In this document: one piece after another, positions 1 to 8,538 of the stretch | Layout of the letters: each line of letters starts with the position of its first letter | How positions within the stretch are numbered: position 1 is the stretch's first letter | IMG/VR virus record: IMGVR_UViG_3300017963_004045 | Source: an uncultured virus (IMG/VR IMGVR_UViG_3300017963_004045) | Taxonomy: Duplodnaviria > Heunggongvirae > Uroviricota > Caudoviricetes | Direction: 5' to 3' (one strand) | DNA: 20,000 nt | Position numbers and translations under genes: made by a program | Notes under the pieces: generated by a model | Told to the model about the DNA's origin: nothing | What the model saw: only the letters and a program-made list of their open reading frames with translations | Databases searched by the model: none

Positions 1-454
1 TTTCATCTTCAGCATCCCCACCATCAATGTGGAGAATTAAATCTGAAATCTCAACTCCATTGGAAAGTGCGTCACCGTCATACTCAGCAGTCAGATTGTC
101 GGCACTGATGTCCCAACTTGTAGAAGTTGCCGTCCAGTATGCAGTGGTATTTTCCAAATCACCACCCAAAGTGATGGATAATTCCATCCCAGTCACATAA
201 CTTTCGTTACATGAGAAGGAGATGACATAGGAGTTATTCTCCTGTGCAGTCACATTGACTGTAGTGGGGAAGCCCTCGACAACGCCATATCCATCAGCGA
301 GGATTATGGGTTCTTCCTCCTCGAAAATCCTGAATACATTGTATTCATCTGGGATATATCCACCCCAAGATGCCACAACATATATCAAGAAGAACGAGAC
401 GACTACCACAACGACTTTCTTGGCTGTGCTCAATTCTTCATCAGTCATTACCAT
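1..454 (-). CDS. Membrane-anchored/secreted acidic protein, 3' end runs off the window
   Basis: Not in the ORF track. Hand translation from ATG 454 is open to base 1: MVMTDEELSTAKKVVVVVVSFFLIYVVASWGG... It has an N-terminal hydrophobic helix, several N-x-S/T sequons (NVT, NNS, NES, NTT, NLT) and AGGAGG upstream (462-467). Confidence 0.8.
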   Translation of the reverse strand, partial: MVMTDEELSTAKKVVVVVVSFFLIYVVASWGGYIPDEYNVFRIFEEEEPIILADGYGVVEGFPTTVNVTAQENNSYVISFSCNESYVTGMELSITLGGDLENTTAYWTATSTSWDISADNLTAEYDGDALSNGVEISDLILHIDGGDAEDE

Positions 455-517
455 TCTGTTTCCTCCTTTTTATTTTCTACTCCCGTTAAATCATTATGTC
501 CATTTTTATGACTCTGA

Positions 518-637
518 TTACTCCTTTTCGTCCACGACTTCCACATCGAGGTTTTCCCCACAAATCTTAGCCGTGACCTGATTTCCGTTCTTTCCCTTAG
601 CAGTTACTATCACGCATTTTTTCTCTGGCATTTCCAT
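518..637 (-). CDS. Small 39-aa hypothetical protein
   Basis: MEMPEKKCVIVTAKGKNGNQVTAKICGENLDVEVVDEKE*. Its ATG overlaps the TGA of the upstream gene (TGATG coupling) and it fills the gap in the operon. Confidence 0.55.
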   Translation of the reverse strand: MEMPEKKCVIVTAKGKNGNQVTAKICGENLDVEVVDEKE

Positions 638-1050
638 CACCTATATGTAAATTGAATATCTCCACCAGACATGAATGTGCTTCTGATTCCGTAGAGATAC
701 CAACAAATGAGTCCTCCAATGATTATTCCGAGCCACGCAAATGAGACCAATGAAAACAGAAGCCCCAATGCAGTCAGAACAAAGTAAGTCCAATAAGCCC
801 AAGAACGATGCTGATAAAGATGAACACCCAAGAATGTAAAGAAAAGACCTATGACAAGTAAAACACCGCCCATCAATGCCATAGCGATACCTATTGACAG
901 CAAGGGAATTATGAGCAAAATGCTCTCCAGAGCCTCATTTTCCAATGCAGAGCCAACACTCAAATAAAAAATCCCTGCAAGGACACTAAGAACTCCACCA
1001 ATTGTAGTCAGTGCACCAAGAATCTTTAGTCCCGTATGATTTCCATCCAT
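637..1050 (-). CDS. Integral membrane protein (~4 TM helices)
   Basis: Four long hydrophobic segments. ATG 1050 is preferred over GTG 1059, which lies inside the palindromic motif. Confidence 0.8.
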   Translation of the reverse strand: MDGNHTGLKILGALTTIGGVLSVLAGIFYLSVGSALENEALESILLIIPLLSIGIAMALMGGVLLVIGLFFTFLGVHLYQHRSWAYWTYFVLTALGLLFSLVSFAWLGIIIGGLICWYLYGIRSTFMSGGDIQFTYR

Positions 1051-1098
1051 CTTTAACACCCGTTATATTAGTAACGGGAAAGAGTAAAGGGAATCTAA

Positions 1099-1113
1099 AT
1101 ATATAACCATTTC
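1099..1113 (-). promoter_or_regulatory. Putative archaeal BRE/TATA promoter
   Basis: Minus strand reads GAAATGGTTATATAT in an AT-rich intergenic gap ~50 bp upstream of ATG 1050. Confidence 0.5.
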
Positions 1114-1189
1114 TATATTTATACGCACAATACTGGAAGGTAATTTTTCAATTAATTAATTAGGATAGAATAAAAATAGTAAATATATT

Positions 1190-1552
1190 CTAATTGTTAT
1201 TATTCTCAGGTATCTTAACAGTGGCAGTGAATGTTACGACATCCAGAGGCTCATATATCTTGAATTTTCTACCTCGTTGCTTCCTTCCATCAGCATCAGT
1301 CCTCGTTTTGTGTCCGACATGCTTGATAAGTCCACAATCTTCCCAGATTGTTGTAAGACTGTTGAATATCCTCTGAAGGTTCTGCTTTGTCTTTTCCGAG
1401 TCCTTTGGGTTCAACTGCCTTAGTATCTGCTCGAATCCCGTCCTTCTCAGGAATATCTCAAAGTCAAAACGACCTGCTCTGCCTCTCTCGAATACGATTG
1501 AAATCTCAACTACCTGCGGAAGATGTGATTGCTCAAATTCATCATTATCCAT
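1190..1552 (-). CDS. Hypothetical protein, possible winged-helix DNA-binding domain
   Basis: The segment 'EDCGLIKHVGHKTRTDADGRKQRGRKFKIYE' resembles the GLI...GR.xK.Y wing of wHTH proteins. ATG 1552 overlaps the end of the upstream gene. Confidence 0.6.
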   Translation of the reverse strand: MDNDEFEQSHLPQVVEISIVFERGRAGRFDFEIFLRRTGFEQILRQLNPKDSEKTKQNLQRIFNSLTTIWEDCGLIKHVGHKTRTDADGRKQRGRKFKIYEPLDVVTFTATVKIPENNNN

Positions 1553-1988
1553 ATGGGTCTCTCCTTTCATATCTACCTACCATTTCTACTCCCAACATTC
1601 TGTCGGAAAGCCTCGCCTTATTAAACATTTTCTGCAAGTCTTTCGTCATCTGTTCACGAGCCTCCATAGAAGCGTCTGTTCCGATGCAACCTATCGACAA
1701 GTCCATTATTCTCATAGGTCTTTGAGTGGTGGTGATATATATTGTTGGCAGACCAGTCAGCCTATTGATTCCCTGTTGTCTATAGTATTCCCTCATCTCA
1801 GGGTTCTCGATAGTTGATATTGGTTTAGATAGATTCTTATGCATAAATCGTTGAATCTGCGAATCAGTCGCATCATGGAATATTAACTCAACATCAGGAA
1901 ATCTTGTATGGACAAGCCTCAGCAGTCTCTTGCACATTTTACAAGCATCGCACTTATCACTCACCACGACATTAACAGCACCGACCAT
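1545..1988 (-). CDS. Thioredoxin/glutaredoxin-fold protein
   Basis: N-terminal beta strand followed by CDAC(KMC), and a later 'GLPTIYI' cis-Pro-type motif. Confidence 0.65.
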   Translation of the reverse strand: MVGAVNVVVSDKCDACKMCKRLLRLVHTRFPDVELIFHDATDSQIQRFMHKNLSKPISTIENPEMREYYRQQGINRLTGLPTIYITTTQRPMRIMDLSIGCIGTDASMEAREQMTKDLQKMFNKARLSDRMLGVEMVGRYERRDPYG

Positions 1989-2462
1989 CTACATACCTGC
2001 CATTGACATCACATCTTGAGCGATTGCTTGTGGGCGTTCCCTATCCCCATACCCCGCACCGAAAAGCATAGCGATATAGTCCTCAGTCCCATCTGCAAAC
2101 ACAACTCTCTTGCCCTGCTCTGCCTCATACATCCTGATTAACAACTGGTCATGGAAAGGGTTAAACTTCCTCTGTATTCCATCAGTTTGATAATAGGTCA
2201 TGAAGAATGAGTCTGGAACACTTTCAATATACCCATCGTTATACATGTTGGCTATCCCATAGACTAACCGCATTGCGTGGTGTCCTTTGACATCGGGGAA
2301 GGAGTCATAATTTGGCATCCAAGTGACCAACCATCCCTCGTATTTGGCGACCACCCTCCTCTTCTTCTTGACAGGTGGTTTTTCGGGCTTCTTTCTCTTC
2401 CATAGATAATAAAGTATGATTCCAAGAACTATCGCACCCAATACAGCCCATTCACCACCCAT
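1989..2462 (-). CDS. N-terminally membrane-anchored hypothetical protein
   Basis: TM helix (WAVLGAIVLGIILYYLW) followed by a Lys/Arg cluster. Tightly coupled to both neighbours. Confidence 0.75.
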   Translation of the reverse strand: MGGEWAVLGAIVLGIILYYLWKRKKPEKPPVKKKRRVVAKYEGWLVTWMPNYDSFPDVKGHHAMRLVYGIANMYNDGYIESVPDSFFMTYYQTDGIQRKFNPFHDQLLIRMYEAEQGKRVVFADGTEDYIAMLFGAGYGDRERPQAIAQDVMSMAGM

Positions 2463-2767
2463 TACTGTTCCTCCTTCTCTTTTTCAGCCAATCTCTCTGC
2501 CCTCGCAATTCCGTTCAACACCTGTTGAGCCGTAGGGTTCTTTAACCCAAGATATGTATCACCGATTTTATCGACAACATCCATCATTGAGCGAATAGTA
2601 TCATCCACACCTGCCTCAGCAGAATCCTTGAATTTCTTAAGTCTCTGCCTCGTTGAGCGTTGTATCGTAATGGTTGTGAAGAAGTCCTTGTAATCGACAT
2701 CACCATGCTTCTTTGGTCTGCCCCTCTTCTTCATCGCCTGTTTTCCCTTCTTCTTAGGTGTAGCCAT
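2462..2767 (-). CDS. Small DNA-binding protein: AT-hook plus ribbon-helix-helix-like domain
   Basis: KKRGRPKK AT-hook, then 'TTITIQRSTRQRLKKFK...VDDTIRSMMD', a pattern typical of archaeal RHH/CopG-like proteins. Confidence 0.65.
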   Translation of the reverse strand: MATPKKKGKQAMKKRGRPKKHGDVDYKDFFTTITIQRSTRQRLKKFKDSAEAGVDDTIRSMMDVVDKIGDTYLGLKNPTAQQVLNGIARAERLAEKEKEEQ

Positions 2768-2780
2768 ATCTATTCTCCAA

Positions 2781-3530
2781 TCATCTCACATGAAGCCTTC
2801 TGAACGGTTCAGGGATGTAGTATGTATCAAGAACACCCCTCTGGACAACCCTGATTAGGTGTCCTGCACCCTCCATCATCTGCTCGATACCCTTTCGTAT
2901 CGTCCTCTTATCTTTCTTACTGGCGTTTGCAATCTCATCGATAGACATTGGTATGCCATGACTGTGAACAACCATGATGTCGAATACAAGCCTACCAGTC
3001 TTGAACTTAGTTCCAAGACTCTTCATTCCACTCATGTAGAGTTTCTCATAGTCTGTCGTCAGTCCCTCGAATGTTTTCAGCGAATTCTCCAACTGATGAG
3101 TTTTGATACCGCCTTTTATGAGTTCATATAGCAGGTAATACTCAGCCTGAAGGTTGTATATTTCCATGACCTTTCCTCTCAGAGAAATCCCTTTAATTTG
3201 GTCTTTTATCGCTTCTACTCTATCACCAAAGAAAGTCTGGGCAATATTTGGGTATTTTTCAGTAACCTGAATTCCAATCTCATAGATGAGCCTAAGAAGT
3301 ATCTGGCGATATTGCTGATACTCATGTATGCTCACCTCGACTACATAATCATCGCCTTCTGCCAACTTGATAAGCAGAATGTCCTCAAGGAATTCATCGA
3401 ACTGAATAACGAACATTTCCGTCATAGCCAATATGTAAGCATCATCCATATCGATGTGTTCGCTTGTGTCCTGTATCCTGTCCTTCATATCCCGAATTTG
3501 GCTATATATACCCTCGAAGTCACCCATCAT
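2781..3530 (-). CDS. Helical protein with C-terminal winged HTH
   Basis: 'PMSIDEIANASKKDKRTIRKGIEQM...HLIRVV...TYYI' fits an HTH-plus-wing pattern. Confidence 0.65.
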   Translation of the reverse strand: MMGDFEGIYSQIRDMKDRIQDTSEHIDMDDAYILAMTEMFVIQFDEFLEDILLIKLAEGDDYVVEVSIHEYQQYRQILLRLIYEIGIQVTEKYPNIAQTFFGDRVEAIKDQIKGISLRGKVMEIYNLQAEYYLLYELIKGGIKTHQLENSLKTFEGLTTDYEKLYMSGMKSLGTKFKTGRLVFDIMVVHSHGIPMSIDEIANASKKDKRTIRKGIEQMMEGAGHLIRVVQRGVLDTYYIPEPFRRLHVR

Positions 3531-4078
3531 GCTTCTGCCCTCTCTCTCTCTTTGACGGTATAGATGTCCAGTGGTGCTCTCATATCAGGAATTTCCTGAT
3601 GAGCACCCACTATGGTCTCGATAATAGAGAGTTTGTCCATGAGCCTTTTTGCTAAGATATTTGGCTGATTATATATGGGTCTCTTGAATATGTTCTGCTG
3701 TGGATTGGACTTAACGATGAGTAAGTCCATGTGCTGTAGTATAGTCTCGATTATCTTGACCTCAACCTTCATTTCTGGTTTCTGCAAATCACTCAGTAGA
3801 CTCCTCGCTTTCTGAATCGTTTTCCTCGCTTTCTGAACCTGACTCTTCGTCAGGGGAATCCTGTCGTCCTCTGGCAAGGGACTTGAGAGAATCGTATGAT
3901 TCAACAAGTTTCTCTTTGCTCTTTGACGCAATTCCAGAAAGTTTACCGTCTCCCTTAGTGCCTCTAAGTCCCGCCTTACCAGTTTCCAATCCCGTTGGGG
4001 AATCGACACTTTGAGATTCAATATCAGACGCTTCATTTCCGAGAGAGCCTTCTGAGGGGTGTCCACGCCCCGTCTCAT
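3527..4078 (-). CDS. Basic alpha-helical hypothetical protein
   Basis: Amphipathic helical pattern. GAGGAG lies ~10 nt upstream of ATG 4078 and the stop overlaps the next ATG. The start is uncertain because the ORF overlaps the upstream ORF by ~290 bp. Confidence 0.6.
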   Translation of the reverse strand: MRRGVDTPQKALSEMKRLILNLKVSIPQRDWKLVRRDLEALRETVNFLELRQRAKRNLLNHTILSSPLPEDDRIPLTKSQVQKARKTIQKARSLLSDLQKPEMKVEVKIIETILQHMDLLIVKSNPQQNIFKRPIYNQPNILAKRLMDKLSIIETIVGAHQEIPDMRAPLDIYTVKERERAEA

Positions 4079-5096
4079 CAAAGCCACGCTCCTCTTGTTC
4101 TTGTAATCTCCTTTCCATCTCGCCTATCCTGTTCAGTAGGAATGTCTGTTGGTCATCGTTGATTATGCCTTCGTGCTTCCATTTCTCGACCATTTGCCTG
4201 TCGAATTCGGCACTCAGCGATGGCACATCAGACCGCAACGCCCTCATCCCATCATCTATCTGATTCCTCTCGATTAATACGAGCATATCATCAATAGACT
4301 TGGAATATTTGGAAACCTCTACCTTCAACAGCCGTCTTTGATTCTCAAGAACATCCTGAGAATATTGTGCTTTCGCACTGAGATTCTCGGCAATGCCATC
4401 GGCAACTTCCTTCTGTTTTGCTAACCGAGTCTGAAGTGCTTCGAGTTTCCTCAAGCGTGTTGTCGCATCAGCCAGTCGCATCCAAACTCCATCGTGTCTC
4501 TCCTGTAGAGTCTCCAACTTAATCTGGTTCTCTTCATACAACTGCTGATACTGATAGGTTCTCTGTCGCTCTCTGATGAGTTTCCGAAGCCTCTGGTCTG
4601 ACAGTTGATAACCATCGATTTGAGAAAACAAACCAATGCGGGAAACGAGCAATAGTTTTCCATTGTCAAGAACTTTGTAGCCATCTCTCGTTGGGATGAA
4701 GAATCCCTCTTTCGCAAGAGGATGTGCGATGTAGTCCTTTGGCTGTCTGATGTTCCTCGTGCCCTCGTAATAGAAGCCATTCTTGGTAGTGAAAAAGACC
4801 CGAATTAACTGGTCATTCACCTGCTTCATGCCCACATAATACCCAAGAAAGCCATTATGCTCCCAGTCATTAACATTGCTTCCCGTAACCTCCCCGTCTA
4901 CGCTAATGACAGGAGCACCCAACTCTACGGGGATGTGATAATCACCGAGAGCAAGTTTCTTGGCTATCAATTCCTTTGCCAGTTTAGAGGTCTCTACCTG
5001 ACTCTCTCTTGAACGCCTCTCGAAATGCTTCGCAAGTTTATCGAATTCAGGGTGATACCCCATTCCATCAGTTTCATCTCTTTGTGCACTGCTCAT
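3789..5096 (-). CDS. Coiled-coil hypothetical protein
   Basis: 435-aa ORF with a globular N-terminus, a long heptad-like middle and a low-complexity acidic/Ser tail. ATGA coupling with the upstream gene. Confidence 0.8.
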   Translation of the reverse strand: MSSAQRDETDGMGYHPEFDKLAKHFERRSRESQVETSKLAKELIAKKLALGDYHIPVELGAPVISVDGEVTGSNVNDWEHNGFLGYYVGMKQVNDQLIRVFFTTKNGFYYEGTRNIRQPKDYIAHPLAKEGFFIPTRDGYKVLDNGKLLLVSRIGLFSQIDGYQLSDQRLRKLIRERQRTYQYQQLYEENQIKLETLQERHDGVWMRLADATTRLRKLEALQTRLAKQKEVADGIAENLSAKAQYSQDVLENQRRLLKVEVSKYSKSIDDMLVLIERNQIDDGMRALRSDVPSLSAEFDRQMVEKWKHEGIINDDQQTFLLNRIGEMERRLQEQEERGFDETGRGHPSEGSLGNEASDIESQSVDSPTGLETGKAGLRGTKGDGKLSGIASKSKEKLVESYDSLKSLARGRQDSPDEESGSESEENDSESEESTE

Positions 5097-5695
5097 TCAT
5101 CATCACCTTTCCATGTTCCTTGTGCCTTCATGATATGTCGGGTGTAATCCTCTCGGCTTCCTGTGGGATTCTTGCAACCGAACCTTCTCCGAGCCATCTT
5201 TTTCAGATTGCCAAACGGCATATCAGTCAGGAATTCTCTCGTGTATATCTTTCCCTTCTTTTCAGGTTTTACCGCAGAAGGCTTAGTTTCAGGCTCGGTT
5301 GCCACTGCGGTCTGAGGTGTTGCAACGGGTGTTGGTTTTTGCTGAGGAACAGCCTTTCCTGTCTTTGGCACTGGAGGGTGCTCTGGCTTATTATCCATGA
5401 CCTTTCCAATACCTGCAAAAGACCGAGCCGTTTTTTCGATTTCCCTCAGTTCTTCCTCAAACTCCCTAATCTTGAGTTTCAGTGAGTTATCCACGCCCCT
5501 GAGTTGGGTAATCTCCTTAGAGATGGAATCAAACCTTGAAGAAATACCCTTGTGGGAGTCGATTATGTAATCCATCAACTCTCGATTATCCTCAGCGAAC
5601 TTTGAATAGTTCATCATGCCTTGCTCCAATCTATGTAGCCGAGCATCCGTCATTCGTATGAAAGTGGCTTGTTTTTCCGCATCTTTCCCGTCCAT
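5093..5695 (-). CDS. Coiled-coil protein with Pro/Thr/Lys linker and C-terminal Rho_N/HeH-like module
   Basis: The C-terminus 'YTREFLTDMPFGNLKKMARRRFGCKNPTGSREDYTRHIMKAQ' resembles helix-extended-helix nucleic-acid-binding domains. Confidence 0.65.
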   Translation of the reverse strand: MDGKDAEKQATFIRMTDARLHRLEQGMMNYSKFAEDNRELMDYIIDSHKGISSRFDSISKEITQLRGVDNSLKLKIREFEEELREIEKTARSFAGIGKVMDNKPEHPPVPKTGKAVPQQKPTPVATPQTAVATEPETKPSAVKPEKKGKIYTREFLTDMPFGNLKKMARRRFGCKNPTGSREDYTRHIMKAQGTWKGDDE

Positions 5696-5708
5696 CTTTC
5701 ACACCACC

Positions 5709-7313
5709 TTAGAAGTTCTGGAAGGGGTCTGCTCCACCGCTACCAGTCCCTTTCTTCTGTCCGCTTGGGGGAAATGCACCTGTCAACTTGAATACGATGC
5801 CCTTTTCCTTAGCAACTATTAAGACAAAGATGACGAGGATTACCCACCAGAGCCAATAATCGCCCCACATATCCCTTGATAGGGATATTGTTTGGTCGTC
5901 CATGTCACCGCCATATTCATATTCGACAGTTACCAGTTTACCGCCAAAGAAACCGCCCTTGTCTCCACTGGACAGTGGAATTGTGCAACTGAATGAACCC
6001 GTTGACCTTGATTTCACACTCTGTTCAAAGTTTACCTCAGCACAACTAATCTGAACTCTTGCATCGGATTTACCGTTGCCCGACCTGACTCCAACTACCT
6101 TCCCAGTGACATAGATGTAGTCCTTATTCTCGGATTGCCTTACTGTGAAGTCCTCAATCTGGTAGGTTTCACTATAAGTAACACTCGTTGAAGCCGTCAG
6201 TCCCTCATGACTGAGGGAGAAAGTGTATGTCCCTGTTTCTGTGGTAGTGAATGTTCCAACTCCATTGCTAAGTGTAATCTGGTTGGATGTGCTATCCGAA
6301 GTAACCTGCAAAGAGATAGATTCCTGTGGGGCTTGACCATCTATCAAAAGGGTTATTGAGGTCTGACCATCTGCTGTAAACGAAGTTGCTTGGAGACTAA
6401 CCACTGGGTTGTAGGAGATTGTCTCTAAATACAATTGCCCCCCATCCTGATATTGCAGTTGATAGTTACCCTTCTCCTCTGCCTCAAGTGTTGCAGTCCC
6501 CGTAACAAGAGCCAAGTCAACCATTGTCCCATCAGGATTAACCACTCTAATAGAACCGCTTTGAATGAACCCTGTGCCTTCTTGGAAGAGGTTAATAGCA
6601 TATCTATTACCCGTCTTGACTATGTTCCAAGTTATAGTTAAATTCGTGTCACCACCATTTCCACCTCCAGAAGATGATTCCTCTACCTCTATCGCTCCTT
6701 CCCAGAAGTAGTCAGTATTCTCGATACTCATCTCAACGCTGTGAGTCCCAGATTCCGTAAAAGTTATTGGAAATGACGACTTTCCATCATGTAAGACATG
6801 GTATAACCAAAATACAGAATTACTCGGTTCAGTGACTTCAATCTCAATTATGTAGTTCTTGTCCTCAAGGTCAGATTCTTCAACCGAGAATGTGGCGGGT
6901 TCGTCAGCAACGATTTCAACAGGGTAATCCACATCTAATTGGAAAGAACCCGTCCCTTCAAAAACAACAGGTGTTGAAACAATTGTTGTCCCTACCACGA
7001 CTTTCACATACCCGTCCCCCATTTGGTCGGGACTTGAAAATGTTATATTCAGAGTCCCATTAGCATCCGTCATATTGGACGCAATACCTTCAACTGTAGT
7101 CCCACTTGGAAATACGATGTCAATTCGAGCAGTGGAGTTGACTGGAAACCCCGTTCCATTGACATAGATCGTTTCCTGTGGTTGCAAAGTTGTATCAGGC
7201 TCAATCGTTACGACTGCCTGAGCACTTGCATTAAACGGTATCAGCATCGCACTGATAGTGAAGGCGACAGCCAGAAAAACTGCTATAGTTTTCATGTTGA
7301 TTTTCCACCCCAT
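5709..7313 (-). CDS. Cell-surface/envelope protein: signal peptide, beta-rich (Ig-like) domains, C-terminal TM anchor
   Basis: Signal peptide (MKTIAVFLAVAFTISAMLIPFNASAQA; the start may be 7295), Thr/Ser/Gly/acidic beta-rich body, several N-x-S/T sequons, and TM helix WLWWVILVIFVLIVA followed by KEK. Confidence 0.8.
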   Translation of the reverse strand: MGWKINMKTIAVFLAVAFTISAMLIPFNASAQAVVTIEPDTTLQPQETIYVNGTGFPVNSTARIDIVFPSGTTVEGIASNMTDANGTLNITFSSPDQMGDGYVKVVVGTTIVSTPVVFEGTGSFQLDVDYPVEIVADEPATFSVEESDLEDKNYIIEIEVTEPSNSVFWLYHVLHDGKSSFPITFTESGTHSVEMSIENTDYFWEGAIEVEESSSGGGNGGDTNLTITWNIVKTGNRYAINLFQEGTGFIQSGSIRVVNPDGTMVDLALVTGTATLEAEEKGNYQLQYQDGGQLYLETISYNPVVSLQATSFTADGQTSITLLIDGQAPQESISLQVTSDSTSNQITLSNGVGTFTTTETGTYTFSLSHEGLTASTSVTYSETYQIEDFTVRQSENKDYIYVTGKVVGVRSGNGKSDARVQISCAEVNFEQSVKSRSTGSFSCTIPLSSGDKGGFFGGKLVTVEYEYGGDMDDQTISLSRDMWGDYWLWWVILVIFVLIVAKEKGIVFKLTGAFPPSGQKKGTGSGGADPFQNF

Positions 7314-7367
7314 CCAGCAGTTTGTTACCAGATTTGGTAAAAATCGTCCTTTTCAGGACGAATGAAT

Positions 7368-7625
7368 CTACTCGTCACCCTCAGTTTTCATCCCCATGCT
7401 CTTTCTGACGGATTCACTCGTTTTCTGTCTGTTACAAGCAACCTTATCGTCACCTGACAACTGACCGCAATCCAGCGAACCGTCATCCTTACGGGGCATT
7501 AGGTCAATGCGTTCCTTCTTCTTCAATTCTACACAAGCCCGATAGTCTTGTCCTGCCAGTCCTTCACAAACAAGACCACCATCTTCGTCTCTTGGGAATC
7601 CTTTACCCTTCTCTTTTTCTGCCAT
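7368..7625 (-). CDS. Small protein with two internal Cys-pair repeats
   Basis: Repeats PRDEDGGLVCEGLAGQDYRAC and PRKDDGSLDCGQLSGDDKVAC. GAGGTG SD upstream. Confidence 0.75.
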   Translation of the reverse strand: MAEKEKGKGFPRDEDGGLVCEGLAGQDYRACVELKKKERIDLMPRKDDGSLDCGQLSGDDKVACNRQKTSESVRKSMGMKTEGDE

Positions 7626-7706
7626 AAGTAAACACCTCAGTATACACGAGATTTCGGAAATGCCCAGATTTGTGCGGACAAATCCTAAAGGTAGATGTTA
7701 GTCGAA

Positions 7707-7721
7707 GGATATAAATTTTTC
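7707..7721 (-). promoter_or_regulatory. Putative BRE/TATA promoter for the left arm
   Basis: Minus strand reads GAAAAATTTATATCC ~80 bp upstream of ATG 7625. Confidence 0.5.
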
Positions 7722-7734
7722 TATTGAAAAAATA

Positions 7735-8410
7735 GCCCGAATTTTTCAATTGTAAAATTTCGGGCAACTCCAGACAAGCATTTTCGACATACACGCATAT
7801 GTAGTCCCCTGTAACCACAGGACTCGCCCTGTAAATACAGGCATACCTGTCGAGTAGCACCCGCCCTGTAACCGAGTAAATGCCTGTAAGTTACTCGCAT
7901 TGCATTACCGCAATGCCTCCAATACCTTTCCTCTCTGCCACGAAAAACCAGTAAAAAAATGCCTTCCAGTGCGAACCTGTAAACCAGTAACCAGTGCGAG
8001 TAACCCCAATCGGAAAATACAGGATGGGAACTCTCCCAATACCAGTAAAACCAGTTGGAACATATACTGGCGGGACTGGAATACCCGACCAGTAATTAGG
8101 CTCAAAACTTACTGGTTTCGGTGCGAACCTTACAGGTTTCCATGCGAGTAAACCCAACCAGTAGCGTCCAGTAAGTTAAACCAGTGGGAAACCAGTAAAT
8201 TCCAACGGGTATTGAAACCATGCGAATGTATTCTCATGTCTGGCTGAATAGAGTTTTTCCAATTGGAAAAACATATCCAGAGGGTAAAAATCCTATGGGA
8301 AGCCCCATTTTCGATTGAATTCATATTACAGGCTATATTTCCAATTGGAAATCACATATGAGCCAGTGCCTGTAATTACAGGCAAAAGGTTTATATACTG
8401 GTTACTGGGC
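7735..8410. repeat. Short-repeat and palindrome-rich non-coding region; candidate replication origin/control region
   Basis: About 22 CCWGTA copies on both strands (hand count). Perfect palindromes at 8253-8272, 8337-8352 and 8367-8384 and an imperfect one at 7735-7765. It lies at the point where the two gene arms diverge. Confidence 0.7.
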
Positions 8411-8424
8411 AAAGGTTTATATAC
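8385..8424 (+). promoter_or_regulatory. Tandem duplicated BRE/TATA boxes for the right arm
   Basis: AAAGGTTTATATAC occurs at 8385-8398 and 8411-8424. Confidence 0.6.
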
Positions 8425-8538
8425 CCTATATCCGTTTTTCTATTATCAATCAATTGAGCCACTTCAACACCCGTTACATAATGGGGGACGAAGTGTCGAA
8501 GGTTGATTGACACTATATAAGAAAAAAGAGGAATTCGC

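Noticed and set aside
255..6641. Plus-strand ORFs in the left arm
   Set aside because: They are antisense shadows of the tightly coupled minus-strand genes.
7800..8410. CRISPR array or perfect tandem repeat array
   Set aside because: The repeats are 6-8 bp, irregularly spaced and on both strands, with no constant repeat/spacer period.
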